Of a DNA stretch of 64,000 bases, positions 35,948-49,892 are shown piece by piece (within the stretch, counting starts at the first letter, position 1; every line of letters begins with the position of its first letter). The stretch is taken from the NCBI GenBank assembly GCA_964016885.1, contig OZ024743.1, forward strand, positions 371,690,001 through 371,754,000. Direction: 5' to 3'. A program made the position numbers and the translations under genes. The notes below the pieces were generated by a model, which had not been told where the DNA came from, ran no database searches, and saw only the letters and a list, made by a program, of their open reading frames with translations. The stretch comes from Eledone cirrhosa. Its lineage: Eukaryota.

Positions 35948-38477
35948 TATTGCTTATTGAAAATAATAATAATTGTGAAATAAATAGGAAAAGAAATTAT
36001 ACAATTTTTAATAGCTTTAATCTTAAAGTAGAAGTAGAGAATAATTATAAAATAGTTAATTTTTTAGATGTAACTTTAAACCTTAATACTGGTCTTTATT
36101 ATCCATTTCATAAAATCAATGAGAATTTAAACTATGTTAACTTTAATTCCAATCACCCCAGATCCGTTGAAGACACTATTGTAAATTCTGTGCAGCAACG
36201 TATTTCTAGAATTTCAGTGAATACAAATATATTTGAAGATAAGGCACAATATTATAACGAAGTGTTAAGTAGAGCAGGCTATAATAATGAAATTAAATAC
36301 ATTGATAATAAGGATGTGCCAATTAACCATAACTATAATTATAATAGGAAACCTTACACTAACTCGACAATCAAAAGAAGAAATAGAACTAGAAATATAT
36401 TATGGTTCACTCCCCCCTTTCTCATTAAGTATTAAAACTCCAATAGCTAAACTATTTTTTAAAGCTCTAGATAAGTGTTTTCCTAAGACACACAGGTATT
36501 ACTCAATCTTTAATAGATATACTATTAAATTATCATATTCTACCACTATGAATTTAGCATAGAATATTAATAGAATTAATAATAGAAACTTAAAACCTAA
36601 CCAGAATAGCATTAATATCTCTAGCAATATCCAATATAATGTTATGGCTCCCAATAATATAAATTCAGATAAATGTAATTGTAGAAATAAATCTAACTGT
36701 CCTCTAAATAATAACTGTTTAGTTAAAAATATAGTATACAATTGTAATGTCAAAACCAATGAAAATTCATTTAACTATGTCGGCTCTACTTCCACAGACT
36801 TCAAATTTCGTTTCAATAACCATAAATGTTCCTTTACGAATATTGGTAAAAAATCTTCAGCTTCTCTATCCAACTTATTATGGAACTTAAAATCCAAGAA
36901 TATTAACTATTCTTTACTTTAGGAAATTATCTCCAAAGCTCCATCATACATAGCTCTATCCAAAAATTCCTCCCTTTGCGTTGAAGAAATATTCTTTATA
37001 CTAAAAAGTAAGAACTCTATTAATTTGCGTAATAATTTATTTAGTTCTTGTAAACATCGTTTAAACTCAACTTTTAGATATATATATATAAAATGTAATA
37101 TATGGTTAATCTCCTTTACATAACGTTTTCTATATCCAACCACCTACAACTCCATCCCTCAGATTATACCTATATATGATTCATATATATTTAATTTATT
37201 TTCTATTATCTCTACTTCATAAATATACTTTATATTATTACACTTATCAATAGATTATAACCTTTTTATATGACTACTTGAAATTCTTTTAAGGAAAATT
37301 TTCCTGAAAAGATTTTCTGAAGGTTTTAGAAAATTCTTGGTAAAACTTTTGAAAGTTCCTTTGAAAGATATGGAAAAAACATTATTTTCATATCTTCCAA
37401 TATTTTATATTTTCAAACATTTTTAATATATATCCAAATATTTATATATATGTGGAATAACGTATGCTTTTTATATGTGTAGAATAACCTATGGTTTATG
37501 TTTTAATTATATTCTTAAGATAAATTTATGACTTCTTATAAAAAAAACCTATGGTTTATGTTTTAATTATATTCTTAAGATAAACATTTTTTTAAACTTT
37601 ATAACATTTATGACTTCTCATAAAAATTTTTTAAAAAGTTTTTTTAATGTATCCTTGGAGTCATTTGAGTTCTTAAAAAATTACTTCTAACTTCCTTTAT
37701 ACTTCCTTACTGTTTTTATAATCTAATTAAGTAGTTATTCCTTTGTAAACTCTCGTAAATTTTCATAAATTTGGAATTATTTGGATGTTTAAGCTTTGAC
37801 TTACAACTATTAATAAATATAATTTTGCCAAACTTACTTTAATCAAATAAACTATACTAGATTTTCCCCAATGTAAAATACTATACATTTAAATAATTTA
37901 TAATCCATAACATACACATCTAAACCAATATATTATTACTAATACATCTTAATATAATATAAATACTTCTGTCTTAATTTTAATTTTTAATATTAATATT
38001 AAATTAAATTTTTAATATTAAAGTAAATTTTAATCTTTAATTTTGATTTTTAATTTTTATTTTAATTTAATTTTCAACTTATCATTATAAGTATTGTAAT
38101 CACAACGTAATGAACCCTACATTCTAGATATTATTCTTCCACGTTAATCTTATTTCTTCTTTCACTTAGATATATTTACGTTCTATATATTCTCCCATTA
38201 AAATTTATTTCCTCGTTTACTCCGATTATCTTCACTGTCACTATGTATAATCGTTCTTTCTTTCTTCTATTTTTCTCCTTCCTTTTCTTCTCTCTCCCTT
38301 ACATATCCTCTTCTTCCAACAGTTTAATTTAAATAAACCATTATCTTTTCAACTTTTCGGACAGTCATTTGCATACTCACTCATAACTTTGAATTACCCT
38401 CAATAAAATATTATCTCAACTATCCAGGAAGCTCCAACCGTTAAGGTTGTCTTTTATTCCAGGTATGTCAATATTTA

Positions 38478-39386
38478 TTTATAAAACAAATCTGTATTTT
38501 ATCTGATGAAAGCGCACCATAATTTGCCTTGGTTGCTCTTGAAATATCTAATATATATTTGTGAAATGGGTGGTGGTTGAAATTCAGATGTGCACGGTTA
38601 AATGGTATTAGATGTGGTCGGACGGACATGAAAATTTACACACCTATGTAAAATGTGCCAAGGAAGCAAATAGATGAGGTTTCAAATCTCTAACATGAAA
38701 ATTGTGGCCCTAGGGCCCCCAAACGGTCTATTTACTATCGCGTTTGGTGAGTTATTTCCCCCTGTTCTAATACTTGGCTGAGTTATTTACAATTTCATAC
38801 AAATTTTTAAACTCATCAACGTTCTTTCGCTGTTAACATACAGTACCAATAATTTGAAAAATATTATTGAAAGTTTATTATAAAGAAGCAGTTTCAGGAA
38901 TAAGTGTAAACTATCATACAAACCTTCATAATATGCATTTTTAAATTTGCATATCATCGACATTGCTATTTCGCTGTTAATAAACTATCATCCTTCTACA
39001 TTTAACGATCATACAGTACCGTTTTATGAAATCGATTCTGCAGTATGGTCATTGTTTTCCATCAAAAGAAATAAAACCCTTAAATTGCGAAGAAGGGACG
39101 CGTGTTTTTATTTTAATTCTAATACATGTTAACCACCACTAACAGTAAGTAGTATTTTTCAAATTGCATACCATCGACATTGCTATTTCGCTGTTAATAA
39201 ACAAAGCTTTTCACGTCGCTCTACTTTTCATTGTACACCATCCAGCCCCAAGTGCATATTTCTATTTTTTTTCCTGAAACTGCTTCTTTATAATAAACTT
39301 TCAATAATATTTTTCAAATTATTAACTTAATAAAGTGGCCCCGGGCTCAGCTGCTAGTATATAATAAAATAAATATGGTTTTATAA
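38478..39386 (+). ncRNA. Family A hammerhead split by a Helitron insertion (halves 38478-38546 and 39358-39386)
   Basis: Removing 38547-39357 restores GAAATATATATAATAAAAT as seen at 35815. Confidence 0.75.
38547..39357 (+). mobile_element. Non-autonomous Helitron (811 bp)
   Basis: A|TC 5' end, CTAG|T 3' end, GC-rich subterminal segment and no TSD. The empty site is reconstructable from the paralogous pLTR. Confidence 0.85.
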
Positions 39387-41177
39387 ATATAGTTTCCATT
39401 TATTAATATATTGTATATATTCTCATATATACAAACATTGAATATATTATTTTATAGTTATTTTCACCCCCCCCCCCCTCTTTTACACACTGGAAGGGCA
39501 TCCAGCCGTAGAAAACCCACCAGACAGTCCCATACGAGCAAGACAACCAATCTTGCTTGAAGTGGGAAAATTCACGTCCAAACCCATGCAAGCGTGGAAG
39601 ATGGACGTTAAATGATGATGATGATGATGATGAAAGCTTTGCACAAATATTCTCACGCAAACATACATTCACACAAACACACAGAGCATAGTTTTTTCCC
39701 ATCCCCCTTCCCCCCTTTTATATATTCACACAGAGCTTTGCGCAAATGTTGAAACGCTGTTTGATTTTTTTCGCCATAGAATTTTCACCATGCCCCTTCC
39801 TTCATGTTAACTCACAAGTGGACTGACAGACACAATTCCACTTTTATTTATATAGATTTCAAAATGTGAAGGTGCATGGGTGAACTCAATCATAAGGTTA
39901 TGGGTTTGACTCATGAACTGGGCAACACATTGTGTTCTTAAGCAAGACACTTTATTGCATATTGCTTTTCATGATAGGATTGGGGCCTCTTAAAGTACCT
40001 GAGAAACTGCCTATATGATACAACTTCAGAGGATGTCAGCTAAATTTGCTTAGGTGTGAGCTGTAAATTTTATTTCCAAAATGTTAATGTTACCATCCAA
40101 GTGATATAAGTCTAGTAGCCTATAAAATTGTGAGGCAAAAAGAAAAAGCTTATATGATTAAATTGATATTTTTTTAGGGTAAGAAATGCTTACTTTGCTT
40201 TTTAGGAATACACATCATTGGATATATAAGTTTATAAGTGCCATCCCAACCTGTCCAAGGTTGTTAGCATTGAATTGGTAGACTCGTATGGCCAACTCTA
40301 TGTTGTATGCTCACATGTTAAGGCAAGCAGTTATCTTCTGTAAATAAATACTCTACAAATAGATAAACTATCACAACAGGTGTTTAATCTTCTGGACGCT
40401 ACAGGTGCATTATATTGCCAATAGAGTAATCTCCCCTTAATATATAATGCAGTGTCAAAGGAAGCAATTCATAAACATTTCTAGCATGCTAAAGGTTAAC
40501 AACCTTCTCTATAGCCAAACTGCTCCCATGAGTGAAGTAAGACAAGTAACCAGTGAATGAGATGACTATGAGTTTGCTTATTTGTTCATTCATTTCTTCG
40601 GAGTCAATCAATATGTAGCTAGAGGAGAAGAACTGGAGTGTGTTGATGGGGTGGGTAGGGTATGGATTTAATATTGACTATTTACTTCATCACCCACATA
40701 AAATTGATTTGAACCTTATTCAATTGTGCAACATTTTATACCACATATTCTTATGTAGGTCACTTGATTTTGAAAAGCAAGATTATTATTTTGACAGACA
40801 AAATACTTTGCAACATTTAATTATAGTCCTTTATATTCTAAGTTCAAATCCTACCAAGGTCAATTTTGTCTTTTATCCTTTCAGAATCATTAAAATAAAG
40901 TACCAATCAAGATCTAATTGACTTTCCTCTCTCCAAAAATTACTGACCTTGTGCCTAAATTAAAAGCTATTAATTATCATTGTTTAGTCTCAGGTCAACC
41001 CTGATACAGCCAAGCTGTATTATGTGTATTTAGAAATACACTATCCAATATGTCCTCCCTTTTCAAGATCGGAGAGTGATATTTGAGGGAGATTTGGCTA
41101 CTACCTTTAGTAGGTCAAACTTCTATATAGGGCTCTCTTGTTGGTTTCATCATTACATTATTGAGAAACATCTAAGG

Positions 41178-41385
41178 CAGTAGTCCCAACTTTTTCATTC
41201 CTAAGGAGCATCTTTATTCAAATTAATTTTTCTCAGATACCCCACCACAATTACTCCTCTCACAGATTGTTATACAATGATAATAACAGTCAAAAGAGAG
41301 AAATGTTTACTGTGTTGAAATTATATTTATAACAAAGTACTTGAAAATTTTAACCTAGCTCATGGACACCAGGTTGGGAACATCA
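41178..41385. mobile_element. Degenerate hAT-like MITE
   Basis: Imperfect TIRs CAGTAGTCCCAAC and GTTGGGAAC. Confidence 0.35.
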
Positions 41386-42485
41386 TCATCATTATTATCA
41401 ATTAATGTCTATCTTCCACCCTAGCATGGGTTAGACAGGTTTGTCACATTTACAGGCAAGTTGGGTCGGGTGACCATGTCTCGCTCATATAGGAGAGTTT
41501 CTGGCTGGTTTTCTACAGCTGGATGCCCTTCCTAAAACCAACCTCAGACAGTGTGTGCTGGGTGCTTTTTGAAATGTTTTTTACATGTCCACTTTACAAT
41601 GTGGGCTGGGTGTTTTGGGGCTGGTTTTCTATGGTTGGATGCCCATCCTAACGCCAACCACATTTAGTGTGTGCTGGGTGCTTTTTGTTGTGACACCTAC
41701 ATGATCACTTTACAGTGTGCGCTGGGCTCCTTTGTTGTGTCACTGACACAACCACTTTGCAGTGGGGCCTGGGCACTTTGTCTTGGGACTAAGGAGGGTG
41801 AAGGAACTTGGGGTAAAAATGTGGACAGGGTAGTAGGGGAGGTGTAGTTATCGCTAAGGGAGGTGAATGAGAGGGGATAGAAGGTTGAGGAAGGCGGTGC
41901 CTACTAGGTATAAACCTCAGTCTGAGAATAATAGAGGGCGGGTCTTCTGTAAAACTGCATAGCGCCAGAGGTCCCGGCCCTGAGTCATTGCCTTTGAGAA
42001 GTGTAATTGTGCAAGGTCAGCTTTTATTACTTCATCCCAAGTCAACCTCGGCCTATCCACACCACGGTTACCATCAACTTTGAGTGCTCTGCACCTTATT
42101 ATACAGCTATCATCCTTCATACACATCACATGTCCATACCAACACAATCTCCTCTCCTGCACGCAACAACTGATCCCTCTTATACCTAATTTCTCACGCA
42201 GTGTATTTATGCTTTGCCATTCACATATATTGCTATTGCACACCCAGCAAAGCATGGAGGCTTAGACATTTCTTTCCAATCTTCACAGGTCCTCCGCACA
42301 CAGTGCCCAAGTCTCGTTGCCGTACAACATTGTTGTTCATATACATGCATCATATAGTCTGCCTTTCATTTTGAGAGAAAAACCTTTTCTAGTTAGTAAC
42401 GGTAGTAGCTCCTTGAATTTTCTCCAACCTGATCTCCCTCTGGTTACTGTGTTTTTAGAACACCCTCCCCCACTACTGACTTGGT
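41385..42485 (-). mobile_element. RTE LINE 3' fragment (subfamily A-like)
   Basis: GWRKFKELLPLL, WYGHVM, 3'UTR modules and (GAT)n tail on the minus strand. Confidence 0.88.
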
Positions 42486-42534
42486 AGATGATAATTGTAT
42501 AGCAGCCTATATATGTGTAAATATATATATATGT

Positions 42535-45413
42535 AGTGCTGGTGACACAAATAAAAGCACCCAGTCCATGCTGTAAAGTGGCGCTGGTGTTAGGAAGGGC
42601 ATCCAACCAGTGTATCAATGCCAAAACGCTTATCAGCACAGCAACAAATAGGAACAACAACAAAATATGAAGACGTCACATCTCAGAGTTGCAACACTTA
42701 ATGTTGGCACTCTCAGAGGTAGATCTACTGAAATAGCGGAGATGCTGGAGAGAAGGCATGTGGATGTGTGCTGCGTGCAAGAGGTGAGATGGAGAGGTGC
42801 CTCTGCGAGACTAGTCGTAGGCAAACGTCTTAGCTATAAGCTATTCTGGGTAGGTAAGGATGATGGGTTAGGGAGAGTAGGCATTTTCCTGGCTGAGAAA
42901 TGGATCAATAAGACAATAGAGGTAGTTCGAGTTAGTAATCGAATAATTAAGCTTAGATTAGTTGTAGGCAGGAGTCTACTGACAATCATCTCAGCCTATG
43001 CTCCCCAAGCAGGCCTAGGCAGAGATGAGAAAGACTGCTTTTACGAGCAACTTTTACAAACAACTGCAATGACAGAGGACGGAGACATCGTTATGTTAGC
43101 AGGAGACTTCAATGGTCATGTTCGACAGCTCCAGGATGGTTACACTGGGGTACATGGTGGGCACGGTTACGGCTCAAGAAATGAAGAAGGAGTGAGACTT
43201 CTTGAATTTTGTGATGCAGGTACATTGACTATTTGCAACACAAACTTCCAGAAACCTGCCAATCACCTAATAACCTACAAATATGGTGAGCACATAAGCC
43301 AGATTGACTTCTTACTAGTTAGGCAGCGGGACAGGCAGATAGTGTCTAATACCAAGGCATACCCTGGGGAAGAATGTACCCCACAGCATAGGTTAGTCGT
43401 TAGTGATACCTCAGTAAGCAAGAGATGGAATGAGACATACAGGAAGGTGTGGAGAAGAAAGGTCTGGAAGCTAAAAGACCTTTCACTAAAATACAAATTT
43501 AGGAAAGCCCTTCAAGATGTATATGACGAAAAAGAAGTCGATTTAGAGACGTATGACAGATAATAACTGGAATTTTTTACGTGACAACTTACTGCAGGCT
43601 ACTGATGAAACTTGCGGCTGGAGCAGAGCTCCAACCAGAGAGTGAGAGCACAGTAGATAAGGCCATTAGAGACAAAAGACTAGCATGGAAGGCTTGGAAA
43701 AAGGGTGGGAGTAGGGAAGAATATACAGCCACTAAGAGAGAAGCTAGACGTCAGGTGTACTTAGCACGCAGATAGGCGGAGAGTAGGGGGTTTTCCAATG
43801 TTCTGCGACGAGAAGATCAGAGGCGTGCGGTGTTCCACATTGCAAGGCAGTGTGTCAATGCAAATCAGGATGTTGTTGGAGATAAATGTGTCCGGGATGA
43901 TGCCGGTGTACTTAGTGTCACGAATGATCAGAAAAAGAAGGCCTGGAAATGTCATTATGAGAGACTGATGAATGTGGAGAACGAATGGGAGAGAGAGAAA
44001 TTACCCTTAGTAGATTTGACAGAGGGACCAGCTATTGAGATTGACGAATATAGGGTCCAAGAGGCGATTAGCGAAATGAAAAATGGTAAGGCTGCTGGAC
44101 CATCGGGAATAGTTGCTGAGATGCTGAAGGCATCAGGGGATGTAGGCACTAAACTGGTTGCACGCATCATCAATCAGGCTATATATGGTGGTGTCATACC
44201 CAAAGACTGGTGCAGCAGTATTCTCATAAATTGCTACAAAGGTAAAGGGGATGCTCTGGAGAGGAGCAATTATAGGGGTATAAAACTGATGGATCAGGTT
44301 ATGAAAGTGGCAGAAAGGATATTAGCACAACTAATTAGAGAAAGGGTCAAACTAGATGAGATGCAGTTTGGTTTTGTGCCTGGGAAGAGTAAGAGTAAGA
44401 CTGGCTGTCCATGGGAACTTCTCTATGCTGACGATCTGGTTCTTATAGCAGAATCAGTAGAGGAGCTAGAGAATAAATTCTGGCTATGGAAACAGCAGTT
44501 GGAAGCAAGAGCACTGAGAGTGAACCTAGCTAAGACAAAAGTGTTGATGAGTAGAAAAGAGGACAAAACTCTGATTCCGTCAGGGAAATGGCCATGTTCG
44601 ATATGCAGAAAAGGAACTGGCATAAATTCTATAAAAGGCACACAATGCAGATCCTGGGTACACAAGAGATGTAGCGGGATAGCAGGCAAACTAACAGGTA
44701 GGGATAAATATGTATGCAGTAGATGTACAGGGAAATTAGACAGTAGAGGTCGCATTGATAGACACATTTTTCAGATGCAGGAGGGCGCTATAGAAGTGGT
44801 GGATAGCTTCCGGTACCTAGGAGATCAGATTAGCATGGGAGGAGGGTGTTCCGAGGCCATAGTATCTAGAATAAGGACGGGTTGGAAGAAGTTTAGGGAG
44901 CTGCTTCCTCAGTTGACGAAGAAGGGTTTCTCCCTGAGTCCGAAAGGTCAGTTGTATGATGCCTGTGTGAGGAGCGCGATGCTGCATGGTAGTGAGACAT
45001 GGGCAGCAACTGCAGAGGATATGCAACGGCTGGAGAGAAATGAGGCAAGCATGCTCCGTTGGATGTGCAGTGTAAATATGCGTGAACGACCCAGCATAAA
45101 TGTGTTGAGAGAGAAACTGTGTCTGAGAGGGATAGAATGTAGTGTACGGGAGAGGAGACTGAGGTGGTATGGACATGTGATGCGCATGGAGGATGACCGA
45201 TGGGTGAAGAAGTGCCAGGAAATGCCAGTTGAAGGAAGACGTGGTAGAGGTAGACCACGAAAAACATGGGCGGAGGTGGTGAGAACAGACCTCAGATCAT
45301 TGAAGCTCACGGTGGAGATGACGAAGGACCGTGATGAGTGGAGAGATGCTGTGCTGAATAAGACCCGTCCCACCCTTGCAAGCAGGGAAAAGTGGACGTA
45401 AAATGATGATGAT
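42535..45413 (+). mobile_element. RTE LINE subfamily C, full span but with stops and an internal RT deletion
   Basis: ORFs 42667-43563 (ATLNVGTL, VQE, GDFN) and 43830-45401 (QFGF fused to GCPWELLYADD). Ends GGACGTAAAATGATGAT. Confidence 0.93.
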
Positions 45414-45417
45414 ATAA

Positions 45418-48200
45418 TGTTGTTATACTTTAAGATAGTGTTATAATGGTGTAACACACCTGTTTTGTATATACCCAAGGTATTCACCAGTCGTAATTCC
45501 AAACTACTAACAAGATACTCCGTACACACAGTTCCCATGACAGTTCACTTCGGTTCTTATTAATAGTTTTGCCTAGTTCACTTTTAGTTACGCAGGTGTA
45601 TTCAGAGTTTTTCTCGCCCACATCTCCCCTTTTGAGATTCCTCTTCCTCGGGAGTAAGGATATATATATATTTTTTCAGTTTTCACCCCACCCCTCTTTT
45701 TTGAGAACTAAACTGTCTGGAACTTAATATTTTTTAGGTTTTGGATCCACTTCTAATAATTCTGTACGTTTCCTTTTCCTCGTACTCGTACATGTAGGTT
45801 CAACAATTTCTTTATTGGTTGGCATATTGGCTCTTCATTTCTCGTGACCCTTTCTTCAGCAAACTTTTTTAAAACTGATTTATATGTCTCTTATGTTCCC
45901 ATTTGTGACCTTTTACCATATACAACATTTTTCCAATTTGTTTACTTATCACACCGTCTTCCCACATTTCTTTACCATTTTTATACATTCTAAAAAATGT
46001 TATATTTTTGTTATCCAATATTTTTCTTTTACGACCTGGTAACAGTTTGTCAAACAATGATTTAATTTTCCTTGTGAACATCAATTCCGCACGTGCCATA
46101 TCTGCAAGGGTATTAGGATTAGGCGTTACATGGTATACTCTTAAGAATTGTTGATGTGCTAAATCATCTATTTCATTGTTTGCTTTCTTTAAGGCCCTCT
46201 TGAATGTATCCACAAACAATTCCGCTAGTCCATTTGATCTTGGATAATACGACAGAGTGGTAACATGTTCAATAGAGAACATTTTATACATGCATGTATA
46301 TTTGGGTATATCAATATGCACACTACACATGCTAGCATAAAACCAGCCGAAGAGCGGTTTTTCTGTTAGGTCTTTTAATATTCGCTTTTGTAGTGTGACC
46401 GGCATTACTACTCTTTGTGCATACATCAGTACATTATCAAAAATTGAGTACGACTTCGAATCTGGGTTGTGTTGTGCAAACCACATTTTTTTTTTTTTCT
46501 GCTCTCAGTAATCTTTTCATTTTTGTAATAAAGACATCTTCTTCCGCTTTTAATTTTATTTCTTCTAAGGTAACAGGTAATTCCCATACTATGTTACACA
46601 ATATACTCTTTATTTCCTTTTCAGCTCTTAATGTCACAATCCCTGTGTCTATCAATCTTGATAGACCATCAGTGTGTCCTAATTTTTTGGATGGTAGATA
46701 TGTCATCTTAAAATCATAATTTAAAAAAATGGTGCCCCAGTGTTGCTGTATGGGTGGGAATTTCCTTCTTTGATCCATGAATTGACAACAAAGGATGGTG
46801 ATCAGTCTGTAAACAAAAACTCCTTCCGTGAATGAACTTATGAAATTTTTTCACAAAAATATTATTGCTAACTCCTTTTTTTCGATTTGGCTGTAATTAT
46901 TTTCTGCTGAAAGAGGAGAATGTTAAGCATGAGCTATGACTTTCGTGCTTCCATAATCGTATTTGTGCAGAATTACGGCTCCAATCCTCTACTCACTAGA
47001 ATCTGAAGCTAGTACAATTTCTATTTTGGGGTCAAATTGCACTAATAAGTCTGATCTTAATATGTTTTTATTTCTTTCAAATGCCTTCTGGCACTTACCA
47101 GTCCAATTCCATTTTACATCTTTTTTTAGCAAATTATTTAGTGGAGCCCTTACATTGTGCATCTTCAGAATATATATTTGATAATAGTTTGTAAACCCCC
47201 CAAATGCTTGTAACATAGTAACGATTGTTGGTGAAGGCATATTTTTAATTGCACTAGCCCTCAACAGATCTGGTTGACAACCAATTTTATTGATGATTTG
47301 CCCTAGGCAACAAAAATTCGCACTTCTCATCGCTGAGTTTGAACCTTTACTCTCTTATCTTTTCAAAAACGCACTTGACATGCTGACCATGAGATTCACA
47401 ATCTGCCAGTATTGTATCCATAACTTGTTGGAATGTAGCCGGAGCAAGTTTTATGCCAAAGGGAAGTTGGTTAAATTTGTACAAACCTTTATGCGTATTT
47501 ATTGTCAACAACTTTGTACATTTGTCTTGAACTTGTATTTGAAGGTAAGCTTCAGAAAGGTCTAACTTTGAGAAAAAGTTTCCACCATTTAATCTCACAA
47601 AAATTTCCTCTGAACACAGCAATGGGTAGTTGTGAGGTCTTAAGCATTCATTTAGTCATGTCGAAATGTCTGCGTATACACAAATTTTAACTTTTTCTTT
47701 TTTTTAATACATACACTGTTGGAGCCACCGACTCTCCATGGTCAATGTTTTCCAGTCTATCTAATTCTTTGTTGACTTGATCCTTTTTAATTCTTTTTTT
47801 TTTAATTTTCTGACTCTTTGTTTGAACTGGCGGATGACCCAATTACGTTTTTACAAAACATATTTATGAGTAAATTCCATAAGTCAAACAGCTCCATCCA
47901 GTCAGTACCGAATGAATTTGTTGTATTTCTTAATACATAAGCTTTAACTTGTACGGTCTTACCACGAAATGCAATGTTACTTACTATTTCGCATTTAAAA
48001 AATAATTTCTTTCCCGAAACGCCACATGCAATCTTCCATGTTTTATTTAATGAAGGTTTCTCGATTGCTTTCTATGTGTCTTCATTGATTATAGTAATGT
48101 CTCTACCTGTATCTAACTGCAATTTCACATTCACATTGTTAATTTTAACATACACAAATTTCTTTTGAGTCTCATTAATTTTTTTTTTTTGCCGATAACC
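45418..48200 (-). mobile_element. Gypsy/Ty3 LTR retrotransposon remnant (PR-RT-RH-INT, PPT and 3' LTR)
   Basis: LQLDTG protease (~48100); FSKLDLSEAYLQ..LPFG RT; LASDSS RNase H; YPRSNGLAE integrase. PPT AAAAGGGGAGA at 45633-45623 followed by a TG...CA LTR at 45622-45418. Confidence 0.88.
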
Positions 48201-48752
48201 TGTTTACATAATTTTTCCTGTTGGACCATATTCACCATAAGCAACACAACTACCACCTCCTCTTCTTCTCACTTATATACATACCATTATCCTTCATAGC
48301 AATATAGCCCTACCTGTCATTATACTGGCCAACCTTTGAAATCCTGCTAACCACTTATCCCCAGCCTCTCCTCACCTCAGCTTTTTCCCCTTTCATTCTT
48401 CCCAATTTTGATATTTATAATTTCATATAAAGAAAATTTTATGCTTATCCCAATTACAACTCTTTACAATTCATTACCTCTGCCATATTGAAAACCACTA
48501 TTCACCATCTACCCACTCCCGTCTTCAACCCACCCACCATAACCCAATAACATGAATATAAAATGAGCACCGGAAATATGTCAACAGTTTGAATGGGACC
48601 ATCCATGTAAACTCTAATATGTGAAGAAGTATCGATTAACAGTCAGGATCCAATTGCATGATCAAACCTGAGCTGATCGATATGATAAAGTTTACAAAAC
48701 AGCTGCAATTCTTATTGACACTTTAAATATAAATTTAAATATATAAATATAT

Positions 48753-49830
48753 ACGTGAGGTGTTCAGGATTGCTAGTCAATGCGTCAAAAAAAACGTGAT
48801 ATTGTCGGGGAGAAATGTGTCCGTAATGATGATAGTATACTTGCCATCACTGATGTTGATAAGAAGGTAGCTTGGAAGTGTCACTACGAGAGGCTACTAA
48901 ATGAGAATAAATGGGAAAAAGATAGTCTGCCCCAAATCGATCCAATAGAAGGACCAGCGGTGCAAGTTAAAGGAAGTATAATAAGTAAGGCAATCAAAGA
49001 TATGAAGACAGGCAAGGCAGCTGGGCCTTCGGAGATAGTTGCTGAGATGTTGAAAGCATCTGGATCGGTGGGACACACAATGGTCACCCGGATAGTGAAC
49101 CAAGTAATACAGAATGGGGCCATACCAAATGACTGGCGTAGCAGCATCATCATTAACTGCTACAAGGGTAAAGGAGATGCCCTAGATAGGGGAAACTATA
49201 GAAGCATTAAATTAATTGACGAGGTCATGAAGATCACAGAAAGAGTTATAGTGTAACTAATCAGAGAGCGAATTGATCTAGATGAGATGCAGTTTGGATT
49301 TGTGTCAGGTAAAAGTACCCCGGATGCTCTTTTCCTTGTACAACAACTACAGGAGAAGTACCTAGCTAAAAGTAAACCCCTATACTTAGCTTTGGTTGAC
49401 TTGGAGAAAGCCTTTGACAGAGACCCCCGCTCCATTATCTGGTGGGCTCTTAGAAAACTAGGTGTTGATGAATGGCTTGTGAGAGCTATACAAGCCATGT
49501 ATAGAGAAACAGTCAGCAAGGTTAGAATTAACAATGAATATAGTGAAGAATTTAGCGTAAAAGTTGGTGTTCATCAGGGCTCTGTCCTTAGCCCCCTCCT
49601 ATTTATTATTGCCCTTCAGGCTATAACAGAGGAGTTAAAGACCGGCTGCCCGTGGGAACTTCTATAGGCAGATGATCTAACGCTCATAGCTGAATCAATG
49701 ACCGAGCTAGAGAAGAAATTCCAAACATGGAAGCACGGCCTAGAATCAAAAGGCCTTAAAGTTAACTTGTCTAAGACTAAAGTTCTAGTATGTAGGAAGG
49801 AAAATAGGGCACTGGTCCCCTCAGGGAAAT
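48753..49830 (+). mobile_element. RTE LINE internal fragment (subfamily B-like)
   Basis: ORFs at 48780-49830 are homologous to the 31907 ORF and contain stops. Confidence 0.92.
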
Positions 49831-49860
49831 ATATATATATATATATACATATATATATAC

Positions 49861-49892
<32 letters not shown>

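Larger units (their letters stand above)
35655..39420 (+). mobile_element. Penelope-like element bounded by direct pseudo-LTRs
   Basis: ORF pieces 35944-37080 (VNFLDVTL, SNHP, CNCRNKSNCPLNNNC, IVY..YVG). Direct repeats at 35700-35878 and 38420-39415 each contain a hammerhead. Confidence 0.85.

Noticed and set aside
40490-40620. Possible minus-strand exon after TTCTTCTCCTCTAG
   Set aside because: No recognisable homology or convincing donor site.
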